From assembly GCA_963696385.1 (NCBI GenBank), contig CAVOKF010000005.1, forward strand, positions 480,001 through 544,000: DNA of 64,000 bases, given 5' to 3'. The position numbers and the translations under genes were made by a program. Source of the stretch: an uncultured delta proteobacterium (GTDB lineage: Bacteria > Myxococcota_A > Polyangia > Polyangiales > Polyangiaceae). The notes under the pieces were generated by a model. That model was not told where the DNA came from, did no database searches, and saw only the letters and a program-made list of their open reading frames with translations. Shown here piece after piece: positions 30,789 to 41,143 of this stretch. Every line of letters starts with the position of its first letter. Position 1 is the first letter of the stretch.

Positions 30789-32648
30789 ATGAGGAAACTT
30801 ACCGCTGTACACACGACAGGGCTGGCTGTCTGCACCCTAATAGCGGCCGCCTGCACCGGCGTCATCGGCAACCCGCCTGGGCAGAACGGGTCCGCGGGCC
30901 CCGGGGGCACCAGCGCCGCCGGGGGCGGCCCGAACAACGATACGACGGGGGCAACGTCTGGTTCGGGCACTCCGTCCGCTTCGGGCGTCAGCGGTAGCGC
31001 GACCGCAACCAGCGAAGACGGGGCCGCCGGCACGCCGACGATCGTCGACACGCTCTTCGGCTCGACGGCCAGCGACACGACCGCCGCGGGGACGATGGTG
31101 CTCCGGCACCTCGAGCAGTTCGAATACATCAATACCGTCACATCTCTATTCGGAGCCGCGGCCGTTGCATCCGCGGGCATCAACACGACGAACGTCCCGG
31201 CTGAGCCGCCGGTGCCGAACACGTCGAGCGGCTTCCCGCTGCCGGGGCTCGTCGACGTGACGACGGCCACCGCCTACCAGGCCGACGCCGAAGCACTCGC
31301 CACCGCCGTGCTTCCCAACGTTTCGACGCTTCTCAGCTGCACCCCCGGAACGGGGGCCGCCGACGCGAGCACCAGCGACCTGGCCTGTGCCAACACGTTC
31401 ATCACGACGTTCGGTCAACAGATGTACCGGCGCCCGCTGAACGCGACCGAAATATCCGGACTGGTGGGCCTCTACCAGACCGGCGTTTCGACGCTCGGCC
31501 TCGACTTCAACGGCGCGATCGACTTGCTGATCGAAGAGATGCTCCAATCGCCAGGCTTCCTGTACCACTGGGAAGTCGGCCCCGGAGCAACGGTCTACTC
31601 CGGCACCGAAGTGCAGCTCGACGGCTATGCGTTGGCCAATCGCCTGTCGTACTTCCTCTGGGGCAGCATGCCGGATGCCACGCTCTTCGCCGCGGCGGCT
31701 GCTGGCCAACTTTCGACTCAGGCCCAAGTGACAGCCCAGGCCACGCGGATGTTGGCGTCGACACAGGCGCGCTCAGCCGTGGCGAACTTCTTCGAACAGT
31801 GGCTGGGGATGACCCAATTGGCCGCCCAGCCGAAGGACGCCACCACCTACCCGAGCTGGAACACGACGCTCGCATCCGAGATGGACACGGAATTCCAGAA
31901 TTTCATTACGTCCGTCATCTTCGACCGCACGGGCGAGCTCAATGAGCTCTACACGAGCTCGACCACGTCCATCGACGGGGACCTCGCGACCCTCTACGGC
32001 GCAACGGGAGTGAGCGGCACCACGTTCCAGTCGACGACGTTGCCTGCGGCGCAGCGCTCGGGGCTGCTCACCACGGCCGCTTGGCTCACGCTGAACGGCG
32101 ACCCGGCCGGGTCGAATCCGGTGTACCGAGGTCACTCGCTCTACACCCAAATGCTGTGTGGGATCATTCCGGCGCCACCGCCCAACGTGCCGCCTCCCGC
32201 AGCCGCCTCCGCGGGCGGAACGACGCGCCAGCGCTTCCAGATGCACGATCAGCAGGCGTGCGCGGTCGGGTGCCACAGCCTGATGGACCCCTACGGGTAT
32301 ACGTTTGAGAATTACGATGGCCTCGGCGAATGGCGGACGACGGACAACGGTCTTCCGGTCGATGCATCGATCGCGATCGCGCTGGACGGAAAGAGCGTCA
32401 CCGTCGCCAATGCCGTCGCGATGACCCCGCTTTTGGCCCAGAGCCCCACCGCCCAAGAGTGCTTTACGGCTCAGTGGCTCACCTACGGCTTGGGCCGAAC
32501 CGTTACGAGCGACGATGCCGCGTCGGCCCAAGCGGCCCAAACCGCATTCGAGAGCGCCAATTTCAAAGTAACCACCCTGTTGTCGAGCCTGGCAAGCTCA
32601 CGCACGTTCCGCTACCGGACCCCGTCTGCGGGAGAGGTGCTCCAATGA
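30789..32648 (+). CDS. DUF1587/1595/1592/1588/1585-family (PSD/PSCyt) lipoprotein
   Basis: Lipobox AAACTG; LRHLEQFEYINTV, LQSPGFLY, LANRLSYFLWGSMPD, RSGLLT, NPVYRG, TTRQR, CAVGCH, FENYDGLGEWR. Confidence 0.9.
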   Translation: MRKLTAVHTTGLAVCTLIAAACTGVIGNPPGQNGSAGPGGTSAAGGGPNNDTTGATSGSGTPSASGVSGSATATSEDGAAGTPTIVDTLFGSTASDTTAAGTMVLRHLEQFEYINTVTSLFGAAAVASAGINTTNVPAEPPVPNTSSGFPLPGLVDVTTATAYQADAEALATAVLPNVSTLLSCTPGTGAADASTSDLACANTFITTFGQQMYRRPLNATEISGLVGLYQTGVSTLGLDFNGAIDLLIEEMLQSPGFLYHWEVGPGATVYSGTEVQLDGYALANRLSYFLWGSMPDATLFAAAAAGQLSTQAQVTAQATRMLASTQARSAVANFFEQWLGMTQLAAQPKDATTYPSWNTTLASEMDTEFQNFITSVIFDRTGELNELYTSSTTSIDGDLATLYGATGVSGTTFQSTTLPAAQRSGLLTTAAWLTLNGDPAGSNPVYRGHSLYTQMLCGIIPAPPPNVPPPAAASAGGTTRQRFQMHDQQACAVGCHSLMDPYGYTFENYDGLGEWRTTDNGLPVDASIAIALDGKSVTVANAVAMTPLLAQSPTAQECFTAQWLTYGLGRTVTSDDAASAQAAQTAFESANFKVTTLLSSLASSRTFRYRTPSAGEVLQ

Positions 32649-33949
32649 TTTTGAAAGAGAAATATTCGAGGCGAGCCCTCCTCAAGGCCATTGGCGGAGG
32701 CGCGGCTCTACTGCCCATCTTGAACAACGAGGCATTTGCTGCCGACGGCGGTCCCGATGCTGGCTTGACGAGCGGCGGCTTCCCGAAGCGGCTCATCACC
32801 GTCACCTGGACGAACGGCATTTACGGCTGCAGCAAGTGGAGCAACACGACGCAGGCGCTCACCGCGGCGAACCTCCCGGCCATTATGTCGCCTCTGTCAC
32901 CGTACGTGGCGAAGATGATTCTCCCTCGCGGGGTCAATCTCCAGGCCGAGTTCGACGTAAACCAGTACGGCGGGCACTTTGGCTATCCGTGCATCCTGAC
33001 AGGCACCCAAAACGGCTCCTCTCCATCGATCGACTCGCTCATCTCCACCCAATTGACGTCTCAGGGCGTGGTGAAGCCGCAGCTCAACCTCGGGTGTCTT
33101 CCGGAGGGCAGCTACACGAGCTGGAGCACGACCGGCCACAATACCCAAATCACCAATCCTTATACGCTATTCAACCAGCTCTTCCCGAACGCGACGATGT
33201 CGACGAGCCAGCTGTCGGCGATCTCGCAGCGGAGAGCGAGTGTCCTGGACCTCGTCTCCACCCAGCTGACGGCATTTCAAAACATCATCGGTACCGACGA
33301 CAAGGTGAAGATTCAGAGTCACCTCAACTCGGTCCGTCAGCTGGAAATGGATCTGCAGGCGGCCGTTGCGACGTGTACCCCGCCGACGCTGACCCCTCAG
33401 GGCCTGTCGTTCAGTGGCATTACGAACTACACGAGTCAGGTCAACTTCATGATGCGTCTCGCAGCCGCCGCGGTGACCTGCGGCATCTCGCGGGCCGTTA
33501 CGCTGGACCTCATCAACGACGGGGGCGGTGACATCTTGACCTTCCCATGGCTAACCCCGCCGATCAACAGCCCGGACTACCATGCGATCGCGCACCAAGG
33601 CGCCGCCGGTGCGACCAACAAAACCGCGATCGACACGTGGTGGTATACGCAGGTTGCAACGCTGCTGGCCGCACTCGACTCCTCGACCGAAGGGTCATCG
33701 ACGGCGCTCGACAACAGTCTCGTCTTCCTCTGCAACGACATGCGTGAAGGCAACGACCATTACTCTGCCCAAATCGCCTTCGTCATGATTGGCAGCTTGG
33801 GTGGCTACTTCAACACCGGGCAGTGGGTCGCGCTCGCCGATACCCCGAATAACAAGCTGTTGACGACGATTTGCCACGGGATGGGGCTGCAAGTGGCGGG
33901 TGTCGGCGAGAGCAAGTACACGGGAGATGTCGACTCGTCGCTGACGTGA
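32645..33949 (+). CDS. DUF1552 domain protein, Tat-exported
   Basis: YSRRALLK signal, PSIDS, DKVKIQSHLNSVRQLE, YHAIAHQ, ALDNS, GNDH; ATGA overlap with the upstream gene. Confidence 0.85.
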   Translation: MILKEKYSRRALLKAIGGGAALLPILNNEAFAADGGPDAGLTSGGFPKRLITVTWTNGIYGCSKWSNTTQALTAANLPAIMSPLSPYVAKMILPRGVNLQAEFDVNQYGGHFGYPCILTGTQNGSSPSIDSLISTQLTSQGVVKPQLNLGCLPEGSYTSWSTTGHNTQITNPYTLFNQLFPNATMSTSQLSAISQRRASVLDLVSTQLTAFQNIIGTDDKVKIQSHLNSVRQLEMDLQAAVATCTPPTLTPQGLSFSGITNYTSQVNFMMRLAAAAVTCGISRAVTLDLINDGGGDILTFPWLTPPINSPDYHAIAHQGAAGATNKTAIDTWWYTQVATLLAALDSSTEGSSTALDNSLVFLCNDMREGNDHYSAQIAFVMIGSLGGYFNTGQWVALADTPNNKLLTTICHGMGLQVAGVGESKYTGDVDSSLT

Positions 33950-34059
33950 TCGGCCGGCATTGAGTCAAACGTCCGGCGCGGAGTGAAGTGGCGACGGGCG
34001 CCTGGAAGTTCCCGCTCGCAGCAAGCCGCACCGCTCAGGTCGGCCTGCGCGGGTGGAAC

Positions 34060-35412
34060 ATGAGGCGCTCGACACCCATCGGCTCGGTTCCAACGGATCG
34101 ATGGCGCCGGCATCAGCACGGCGTGGGGTGGGTCGCGATCGCCGCGATCCTTGCCGGCTGCGGATCCTCTTCCGAGGCTCCGACCGCGAGTAGCGTCACG
34201 GCGATCGCGTCGGCGGACGCCGGTGGGTGCACGTCGACCGGCCAACCGGACGCGGGCCCAGACGCCTCGGCAGGGCCGCCGCCGATCGTTGTCGATACGG
34301 TCGACTCGGAGACGCGCCCCGTCCAAGGCGTGTGCTCGCTCGACATGGCCGTCGCGGCGCTCGCCCGTCAGGCGGACTACGGTGGCTGCAAGAACGCCCT
34401 AGGCGCGACTTCGATCTCGATCCCCGGCGGTACGTTTGACATTTCGAGCGGGCTGTCGCTGGGGCTGTCGGCCGCGATCCCGACGGCGGTCTCCCTGGTC
34501 GGGCACGGTGTCGACGTGACGATCCTCGACACGAACGGCTCGGTCAGCCCTGCGGTCGACATCGACGGGTTGACCGTCACGCTGTCGCAGCTCACGGTGC
34601 GCGAAACCGCGCCGCTGACGACTGCGGCCACCACCGGCATTCGCCTCGATCAGAATGCCCTGGTGACGCTCGATCACGTGAGGGTCACGGGCTTCACCGA
34701 TAGCGGGGTGTGGAATGCGAATGCCACACTGACCGTGACGGCGTCCACGATCGACGCCAACTCGAACAGCCGATTCGGTGGGGGTCTCTACCAAGCGGCT
34801 CAGGACGCGACGGCCGCTCCGACGACGTTCGTCAACTACAGTACGATCTCCGGCAACAGCGCTGTACTCGGCGGAGGCATCTACAATCTCGGTTACCTCA
34901 ATCTCATGTATTCGACGATTGCCGGAAATACGGCGACGGGCGGAAAGGGCGGCGGCATCTACATGAAAAATGATTACCTCGAAACCGCCCACTGCACGAT
35001 CGCCTTCAACGATGCGACGGCCGGCGGTCTTGGCGGGGGCGTTTACGTCGACCCCTCGATCCAAGCCAACGTTCATATCAATTCGTCGATCATCGCGGAC
35101 AATACCGCATCGTCTGCGGCTCCGGACTATTCCGGACTCCTGAGAGACCCGTACACTCAGTTGTACGATGCGGACGTCCTGGGCAGCGCGGCCGGGGTGA
35201 CGACGGGAAAAGCCTTCATCGACATCGTGAAGGACCCGTTGCTGGGTGCCCTGGGCGACAACGGCGGGCCGACACAAACCTGCGCGCTGCTGGCAAAGTC
35301 TCCGGCCATCGACGCGTCGCGCCCCTTCCCGAGGTCCTTGATGGACCAACGCCTCTATTGCGCCCCCTACGGATCCAAATCCGATGTAGGGGCTTTCGAA
35401 TGGCGCCCGTGA
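34060..35412 (+). CDS. Right-handed beta-helix lipoprotein (CSLREA-like N-terminus, choice-of-anchor Q-like C-terminus)
   Basis: ILAGC lipobox, CSLDMA, repeated STIxGN..GGGIY, DPLLGALGDNGGPTQT, SPAIDA, DQR, DVGAFE. Confidence 0.8.
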   Translation: MRRSTPIGSVPTDRWRRHQHGVGWVAIAAILAGCGSSSEAPTASSVTAIASADAGGCTSTGQPDAGPDASAGPPPIVVDTVDSETRPVQGVCSLDMAVAALARQADYGGCKNALGATSISIPGGTFDISSGLSLGLSAAIPTAVSLVGHGVDVTILDTNGSVSPAVDIDGLTVTLSQLTVRETAPLTTAATTGIRLDQNALVTLDHVRVTGFTDSGVWNANATLTVTASTIDANSNSRFGGGLYQAAQDATAAPTTFVNYSTISGNSAVLGGGIYNLGYLNLMYSTIAGNTATGGKGGGIYMKNDYLETAHCTIAFNDATAGGLGGGVYVDPSIQANVHINSSIIADNTASSAAPDYSGLLRDPYTQLYDADVLGSAAGVTTGKAFIDIVKDPLLGALGDNGGPTQTCALLAKSPAIDASRPFPRSLMDQRLYCAPYGSKSDVGAFEWRP

Positions 35413-35607
35413 TCCACCGCGTCGCCGCTTTCCGAGTGATCGATCCGGGTGCCCACCGCATTTAAGGGGGGGACAATACGCGCGCGCGCGTGTTTACCGA
35501 GCCGATGTCCCCCCTATCGCCCGCCGACGCCCCGCACTTGCGCGCGGGGTGGTCGGCACGCTCGGGGCGGCCCGAGCCCTCGCGTCTGCGGGGGACGGCC
35601 CCAACTG

Positions 35608-36780
35608 CTACCGGATTCCCGTGCAGCCAATTTGCCCGTTGGCCGCATCATCGATGGCGAGGTCGTCGAACCATATGACGAACGGGCTCGCGATGGCGCC
35701 CGTCCCCTGGTAGAAGGTGGCGCCCACGATGACCGCCGTGTAGTCGGACATCCCGGTATTGCCGTTGGCTTTGGTCCCGGCCCCGCCGTCCGGTCCCGGA
35801 CCGAACGAAAGCGAAGGCACCTCGACGGAATCCGTGAAGAAGCGGTAGGCCTGAGTTGTAACGTCCACATACCATTCGGCACAGTGCCACGCCGCATCGT
35901 AAGTCCAGCTGTACGGCGACTGCGTGCAGCAGCTGTCGCTCGGCACGTTGAAGAGCCATTGATGCTCGTTGGTGTTGGTCATCTCGACGGTATCGACGAT
36001 GCGATCCTCGCCGCCGGATCCATTGAGCGAGACGAACGTGACGTGGAGATAAGTGTTCGGCTTGGGCGACGGTGACTGGACCTTGTAAAAGATCCGCCCC
36101 CAATGGTTGTAGGCCGCCGTGCCGATGCTGGCGATGGCTTTTTGAGCCCGGGCTTGCCCCTTGTCCATCGAATCGCTCTCCAAGGATTGCTTGCCGGAGT
36201 GAAACTCATTGCTCGCAAGAGCGACATCTGTGGGGCCAACCGCGCCATATCCTTGGAACTCGGTCCACCCGGTCGGATAGCCTCCTACCGTGCCGGTCTC
36301 GAAATCCTCACAGAGCTTGTAGGTCGACCCCGCGCAGGTCGGGAATGGCCCCCCATCGGCTTGGTTTACCGGATTGCTGACCACCATTCCACCGTCATTG
36401 CCCGCGCCGCCGCCCGACGACGAACTGCCGTTACCGGACTGCGGGCTCGTCGACCCGCTGTCGTCTGAAGGGCCGGGGCCCGAATTGCCGGTGGGCGCCG
36501 CACTGGATCCGCCCGCCGATCCACCGGTCGAGGAGGCACTGGCGTTGCTCGTGCCGAGGGAAGCATCGTTCCCCTCTGCGGCGGTCGAAGCGCTGGCGGT
36601 CCCCGCTTCATTGTCGCCGGCCGCTGCGGCGGCCGCTCCCGACCCCGTTCCCGCGACCGCTCCGTTCGTGCATGCCGGGTGCGCCATGAAAAGCAGCGCA
36701 AGCAGAGGCATCGGGGTTCGTTGCGCGACCCGCCAGCTCAGGCGCTTGAGACCGATTTGTCCGGGCGAAGTCACACGCAT
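35608..36780 (-). CDS. Secreted/lipoprotein with a Ser/Gly linker and a beta-jelly-roll domain (Cip1/polysaccharide-lyase-like)
   Basis: LCEDFE, FHSGKQSL, HWGRIF, WHCAEW, IWFDDLAI, C-terminal IGC; start uncertain. Confidence 0.6.
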   Translation of the reverse strand: MRVTSPGQIGLKRLSWRVAQRTPMPLLALLFMAHPACTNGAVAGTGSGAAAAAAGDNEAGTASASTAAEGNDASLGTSNASASSTGGSAGGSSAAPTGNSGPGPSDDSGSTSPQSGNGSSSSGGGAGNDGGMVVSNPVNQADGGPFPTCAGSTYKLCEDFETGTVGGYPTGWTEFQGYGAVGPTDVALASNEFHSGKQSLESDSMDKGQARAQKAIASIGTAAYNHWGRIFYKVQSPSPKPNTYLHVTFVSLNGSGGEDRIVDTVEMTNTNEHQWLFNVPSDSCCTQSPYSWTYDAAWHCAEWYVDVTTQAYRFFTDSVEVPSLSFGPGPDGGAGTKANGNTGMSDYTAVIVGATFYQGTGAIASPFVIWFDDLAIDDAANGQIGCTGIR

Positions 36781-37237
36781 TTCATAGACTCCCTTTTGGT
36801 TTTGCAGTGGTCAGGTAGCAGAAGTTCGGCTCAAATCCGGCCAAATTGCGCCATCGATGCAGATTTGCATGGACGGTGGCATTCGCTCCACCGCGGTCTC
36901 GCCTCCCTCACACGCGTCGCCTTCGAGCGGGCTGCGCACGGCGCACTGAGCGCCATGGCGAGACGGAGTCTCTGACAGATCCCACGCGGGCCGCACCTGT
37001 GCGTTGCGGAGCGGCCACCCAAACGACCCCAAGCGCGCGAATAGCCGCCGCAAAAAAATCCTCTGCGCTCGCCTCCATGATCCCTGGCAACTGTGGGCAG
37101 CGAAGGACGTGCCGTCCAGTCCGGCCGGGCGCTTCGTGTGGGCCGCCGTGAGACCGGCGGGTCGCAAGCCTGAACGCGTTCGGGCTGACCGCGACGATTC
37201 GTGGGCCGTGCGCGTGCGTCGCTACTACTGTGAAACG

Positions 37238-38890
37238 ATGAGCCGCGTCTTCGTGTCCGGCACCGCCGCGCTTGTTTTTGTCGGCTGTGGCCTGATCGCG
37301 CAGGGGCCCCAAGAGCTCGAGAAGCCCGAACCATCGTCGCCCACCCTCTTCGCGGCGAACAGCTCCGCGTCCAGTGCGACCGCGTCGATCGGTGTCGGTT
37401 CCGGCAGCTCGGGCTCCATGAGCTCCGCCTCGAGTGCCTCAGGCTCGACCACCAGCGCGGACCAAGACGGCGGCGATGCGGAAACCACGGAAGCCGGCAG
37501 CGACGGCGGCAACGGGCAACCCACGGAAGCCGGCGGCGATGGCGGCAACGCGCAACCCACGGAAGCCGGAAGCGATGGCGGCGACGCGCAACCCGTCGAA
37601 GGCGGCAGTGAGGGCGATGCGCAGCCCGCCGAAGCCGGCAGTGACGACGCTGCGAGCGTGGACGCGACCACCGCGGACGCCGTCGGCGGCAGCTGTGAGG
37701 GCGGGGCGACGCTGTGCTCCGGCGATGCCGTCGAGACGTGCGGTCTGGATGGACGGTGGGGCCCCCCTTGGACGTGCGCGACGGGCACCTGCGCGGATGG
37801 CGGTTGCGTGGGCTCGACGACGACCGCTCCGAGTTGTGCGCCGGGCGGGCTTGGGTTGACCGACTGCGGCCCCGGGGGCAGCGGGACCGAAAGCTGTTGC
37901 ACGAGCCCGGAGGTGACGGGCGGGACCTTTTACCTGTCCGATGACCTCTTGGTCGGCGAGGATGGGGGTAGCCTGGGAGAAGTCCCCGATGATCCCGCTT
38001 CGGTGAGTGGCTTTCGGCTGGACAAGTACTTGGTCACGGTAGGCCGCTTTCGGCAGTACGTGAATTACTTGACGACCGCGGGCGGGGCACCGCCTGCGAA
38101 CGGCAGCGGCATCCACACGCATGTGAACGGGGGTCTGGGACTGGTGAGCGAGATGAGCGCGCCGTCGGTCAGTGACGGTCTCTTCGGACCACCGGGACCC
38201 CCAGTGTACGAGACGGGCTGGGATGCGACCGACTGGAACGCGCAAATCGCTACTGGATCGGATGCACCCACAACGTGGAGCGCGAATCTCTCGTGCACCA
38301 CGTCGAGCCAACTCCCCGTCGCTTCCGGGTCCAACAGAGCCGCGACGTGGTCGACGGTGGCCGGAAGCCAAGACAATCTGCCCATCAACTGCGTGGACTG
38401 GTACGAGGCCTACGCGTTCTGCATCTGGGACGGGGGCTTCTTGCCGAGCGAGGCAGAGTGGCAGTACGTCGAGGTGGGCGGCAGCCAGCAGCTCGAGGAG
38501 CCATGGGGCTCGGCCGCTCCGGGAACCCGCAACCAGTATGCGATCTACGGCTGCTTGTATGGCTCGGGGACCTGCGGGCTAGAGAGCATCGCGCCCGTGG
38601 GAACGGCGTTGTTGGGAATCGCCTACTGGGGCCAGCTCGACATGGTGGGCGAGGTACTCGAGTGGAACCTCGACTTTGCGGGCGGCTACGGCGGCACCCT
38701 CACGTGGTCGGCTCTTTCCGGCCCGTGCCCGAACTGCGCCTTTCTAACCCCGACAATGTCCCATGCTCTCCCCACGCGGGAGCGCGGGGGCGTCGCCTTC
38801 GACGAGGAGTATTCGACTCCGCAGCGTGGCGGCAACGTCGCCACCTACCGCGACGTCGGCATCGGGTTCCGGTGTGCGCGGACGCCCTGA
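37238..38890 (+). CDS. SUMF1/FGE-sulfatase (CLec-fold) domain lipoprotein
   Basis: FVGC lipobox; ESCC, FRLDKYLVTVGRF, PINCVDWYEAYAFCIWDGGFLPSEAEW, DMVGEVLEW, IGFRCAR. Confidence 0.88.
   Translation: MSRVFVSGTAALVFVGCGLIAQGPQELEKPEPSSPTLFAANSSASSATASIGVGSGSSGSMSSASSASGSTTSADQDGGDAETTEAGSDGGNGQPTEAGGDGGNAQPTEAGSDGGDAQPVEGGSEGDAQPAEAGSDDAASVDATTADAVGGSCEGGATLCSGDAVETCGLDGRWGPPWTCATGTCADGGCVGSTTTAPSCAPGGLGLTDCGPGGSGTESCCTSPEVTGGTFYLSDDLLVGEDGGSLGEVPDDPASVSGFRLDKYLVTVGRFRQYVNYLTTAGGAPPANGSGIHTHVNGGLGLVSEMSAPSVSDGLFGPPGPPVYETGWDATDWNAQIATGSDAPTTWSANLSCTTSSQLPVASGSNRAATWSTVAGSQDNLPINCVDWYEAYAFCIWDGGFLPSEAEWQYVEVGGSQQLEEPWGSAAPGTRNQYAIYGCLYGSGTCGLESIAPVGTALLGIAYWGQLDMVGEVLEWNLDFAGGYGGTLTWSALSGPCPNCAFLTPTMSHALPTRERGGVAFDEEYSTPQRGGNVATYRDVGIGFRCARTP
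37466..37642 (+). repeat. About five imperfect 33-36-bp coding repeats (DGG[ND]AQPTEAG[SG]-like) in the FGE protein linker
   Basis: Visible in DNA and translation. Confidence 0.85.
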
Positions 38891-39495
38891 CGCGTCTCGC
38901 GACACGATTCGCCTGCCAGGGGTTCGCAACCGTCGAGGGGGCGCGACGAGGATCGATCCGATGGGCCGAACGCGAGCTCGGCGCCGTGGCCGGGTCGCTC
39001 ATGGGACAAAAGCCAGCGCTTGCGCTCGATGCCGCCGCCGTAGCCCGTGAGGGAACCATCCGCTCCAATCACGCGGTGACAGGGAACCACGATGCCGACC
39101 GGGTTGGCGCCGATGGCGAGACCGACGGCTCGAAAGGCGGTAGGACTTCCGATGTGTCGGGCGATGTCTCCGTACGAGCGGGTCTCGCCGCACGCAACCG
39201 TGCGAAGCGCGAGCCACACGGCGTTCTGGAACGGCGTGCCCGCCAGGGTCACCGGCAAGGTGTCGATCGCACTCCAATCGCCCCTGAAGTAGGCGCGGAT
39301 GGCCGACGTAAAACCCCCGGGATCCGACGCGGGCTCGAGCGACCAATCCTCGGCTCGCGCACGCAATCGGCGACGCATGGGCCGGCCATCGGTCCATCCG
39401 ACCACCCGCAGACATCCCCGGTCGTCCGCGACGATGGTCAGCTGGCCGAGAGGCGTATCCGTGTGATCGACGAAAAATGCAGGAGCTTTACTCAT
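38845..39495 (-). CDS. ogt: Methylated-DNA--protein-cysteine S-methyltransferase
   Basis: GTPFQNAVW, SYGDIA, RAVG, VPCHRV active site, GYGGGIERKRWLL; ATG 39495 overlaps the alkA stop. Confidence 0.92.
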   Translation of the reverse strand: MSKAPAFFVDHTDTPLGQLTIVADDRGCLRVVGWTDGRPMRRRLRARAEDWSLEPASDPGGFTSAIRAYFRGDWSAIDTLPVTLAGTPFQNAVWLALRTVACGETRSYGDIARHIGSPTAFRAVGLAIGANPVGIVVPCHRVIGADGSLTGYGGGIERKRWLLSHERPGHGAELAFGPSDRSSSRPLDGCEPLAGESCRETRQGVRAHRNPMPTSR

Positions 39496-41014
39496 GGCGG
39501 GTCCTTCGCCCCGGAAGTCGGGGGCAGGCGAGGGCGCCGCGATGCCGCATCGGCCGCCCAGAGGTGCTGGGCGGCGTACGCGCGCCACGGGCGCCATCGC
39601 TCGGCGTGTCCGACGAGATCGTCCGCGGACAGGCGCTTGCCCCCGAGGCTCGCGACGGCGCGGAGCAGACCCGCGTCGCCGGCCGGGAAGGCGTCCGGCT
39701 CTCGCGCGGCTCGGAGCGCGATGACATGCGCGGTCCAGTCCCCGACGCCCCGGATGGCGCGTAGCCTCGCTACGGTTTTCTCGACGGTCTCGAGGGGCTG
39801 GAAAAGCAGCGGGTCGGCCGCTGCGGCGTGGGCCAGATCCTGGATCGTTTGACGGCGGAGCCTCGGCACCCGCAGCCTTCCGAGGTCCGCGCGAGCCACC
39901 TCGGCTGCGCTCGGAAAGGCGCGATCGAGCCCGAAATCTTCGCCATGGCCGGGCACGAACGGCGCGCCGCACAGGCGCGCGAGATCCCCCGCATGCTGGC
40001 GACCGGCTTGGACCGACACCTGTTGGCTCAGGACCGCCCTCACGGCCATCTCGAATCCGTCCCAGCCCCCGGGCGCACGCAATCCGGGTCGTTTGGCGAT
40101 CAGCGGAGCGAGCCACGGATCCCCCCGAGGTGCGCGCCGATGGTCACGACGTCGGCGCCGAGGTCGAACACGCTCCGAATGCGTGCGACGAGGGCAGGCA
40201 GCGCGCGGACGCTTGGAAAGCGCAGGGTCGCCGCGAGGCTCTGGACGTCCGGCCGATGGACGATCTCGACCGTGCCCGTCTGACCCTCGTGCGATACCGT
40301 TCGACGATAGATGCCGCGCTCGACGCGCTCGACGCCTTCGATGGCGCGTGCGCCGAGATAGGCCGTCATCGCGGCCCAGTCGTACGGAGGCCGATACCGG
40401 AGCCGGACGGTCACGCCCGTGCCCGCGAGCTGTGGCTCGGCCTGGGAGGCCCTGACCTTCCGGCGAAGGGCGCTCGGCGGTCTGTGGAACAGCCGCTGGA
40501 ATGTCTCGTTAAAGCGGCGAATGCTTCCGAAGCCCGCGGCTTGGGCGATCTCGGCCATGGGCATTCGGGTCTCGTGAATGAGCTGCTTCGCGAACAGGAC
40601 GCGCCGCGTTTGAGCTACGGCGATGGGGGAGGCCCCGAGATGGTGCATGAACAGGCGGCGGAGCTGCCGGCCGCCGACCCCCAGACGCTCCGCGAGCCAA
40701 TCCACGCTGGCCCCCTCGCCATCGAGCTCGCCGGCAGTAATGAGCGCGAGGCCCCGGAATACCGTATTCGACGTTCCTCGCCACGATCCGAAGTCGGGCG
40801 CCGTCTCGGGGCGACAGCGAAGGCACGGGCGGAACCCCGCCTCCTGGGCCGCCGCGGCCGACGCAAAGAAGCGGCAATGCTCGAACTTCGCGGGACGTGC
40901 CGGGCAAACCGGACGGCAGTAGATGCCCGTCGTCGTGACGCCGACAAACAAGCGCCCGTCGAATCGGGCGTCGTGCGTTTGAAGCGCTCGGTAACAGCCC
41001 TGAGGATCGAGCAT
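39492..41014 (-). pseudogene. alkA: Ada Zn-binding/AraC + AlkA glycosylase fusion, frameshifted at a G6 run (C6 at 40121-40126)
   Basis: DARFDG, TTGIYCRPVC, FRPCLRCRP, AraC HTH, AlkA_N; the second frame continues PGGWDGFEMAVRAVLSQQVSV...GVGDWTA...WRPWRAYA. One extra G restores HLGGDPWLAPLIAKRPGLR. Confidence 0.9.
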
Positions 41015-41143
41015 GATCGCGAACCCAACGTAATCTTCCGGGGCCTCCGGTGCTGGCGGTTTTCGGACCTGATCGCCAGTCGCAGTAACAGCCGGGCCTT
41101 TCCTTTCGTCGAGGGGAGATCCCATGCGAGTCCTCGCGGGCGA

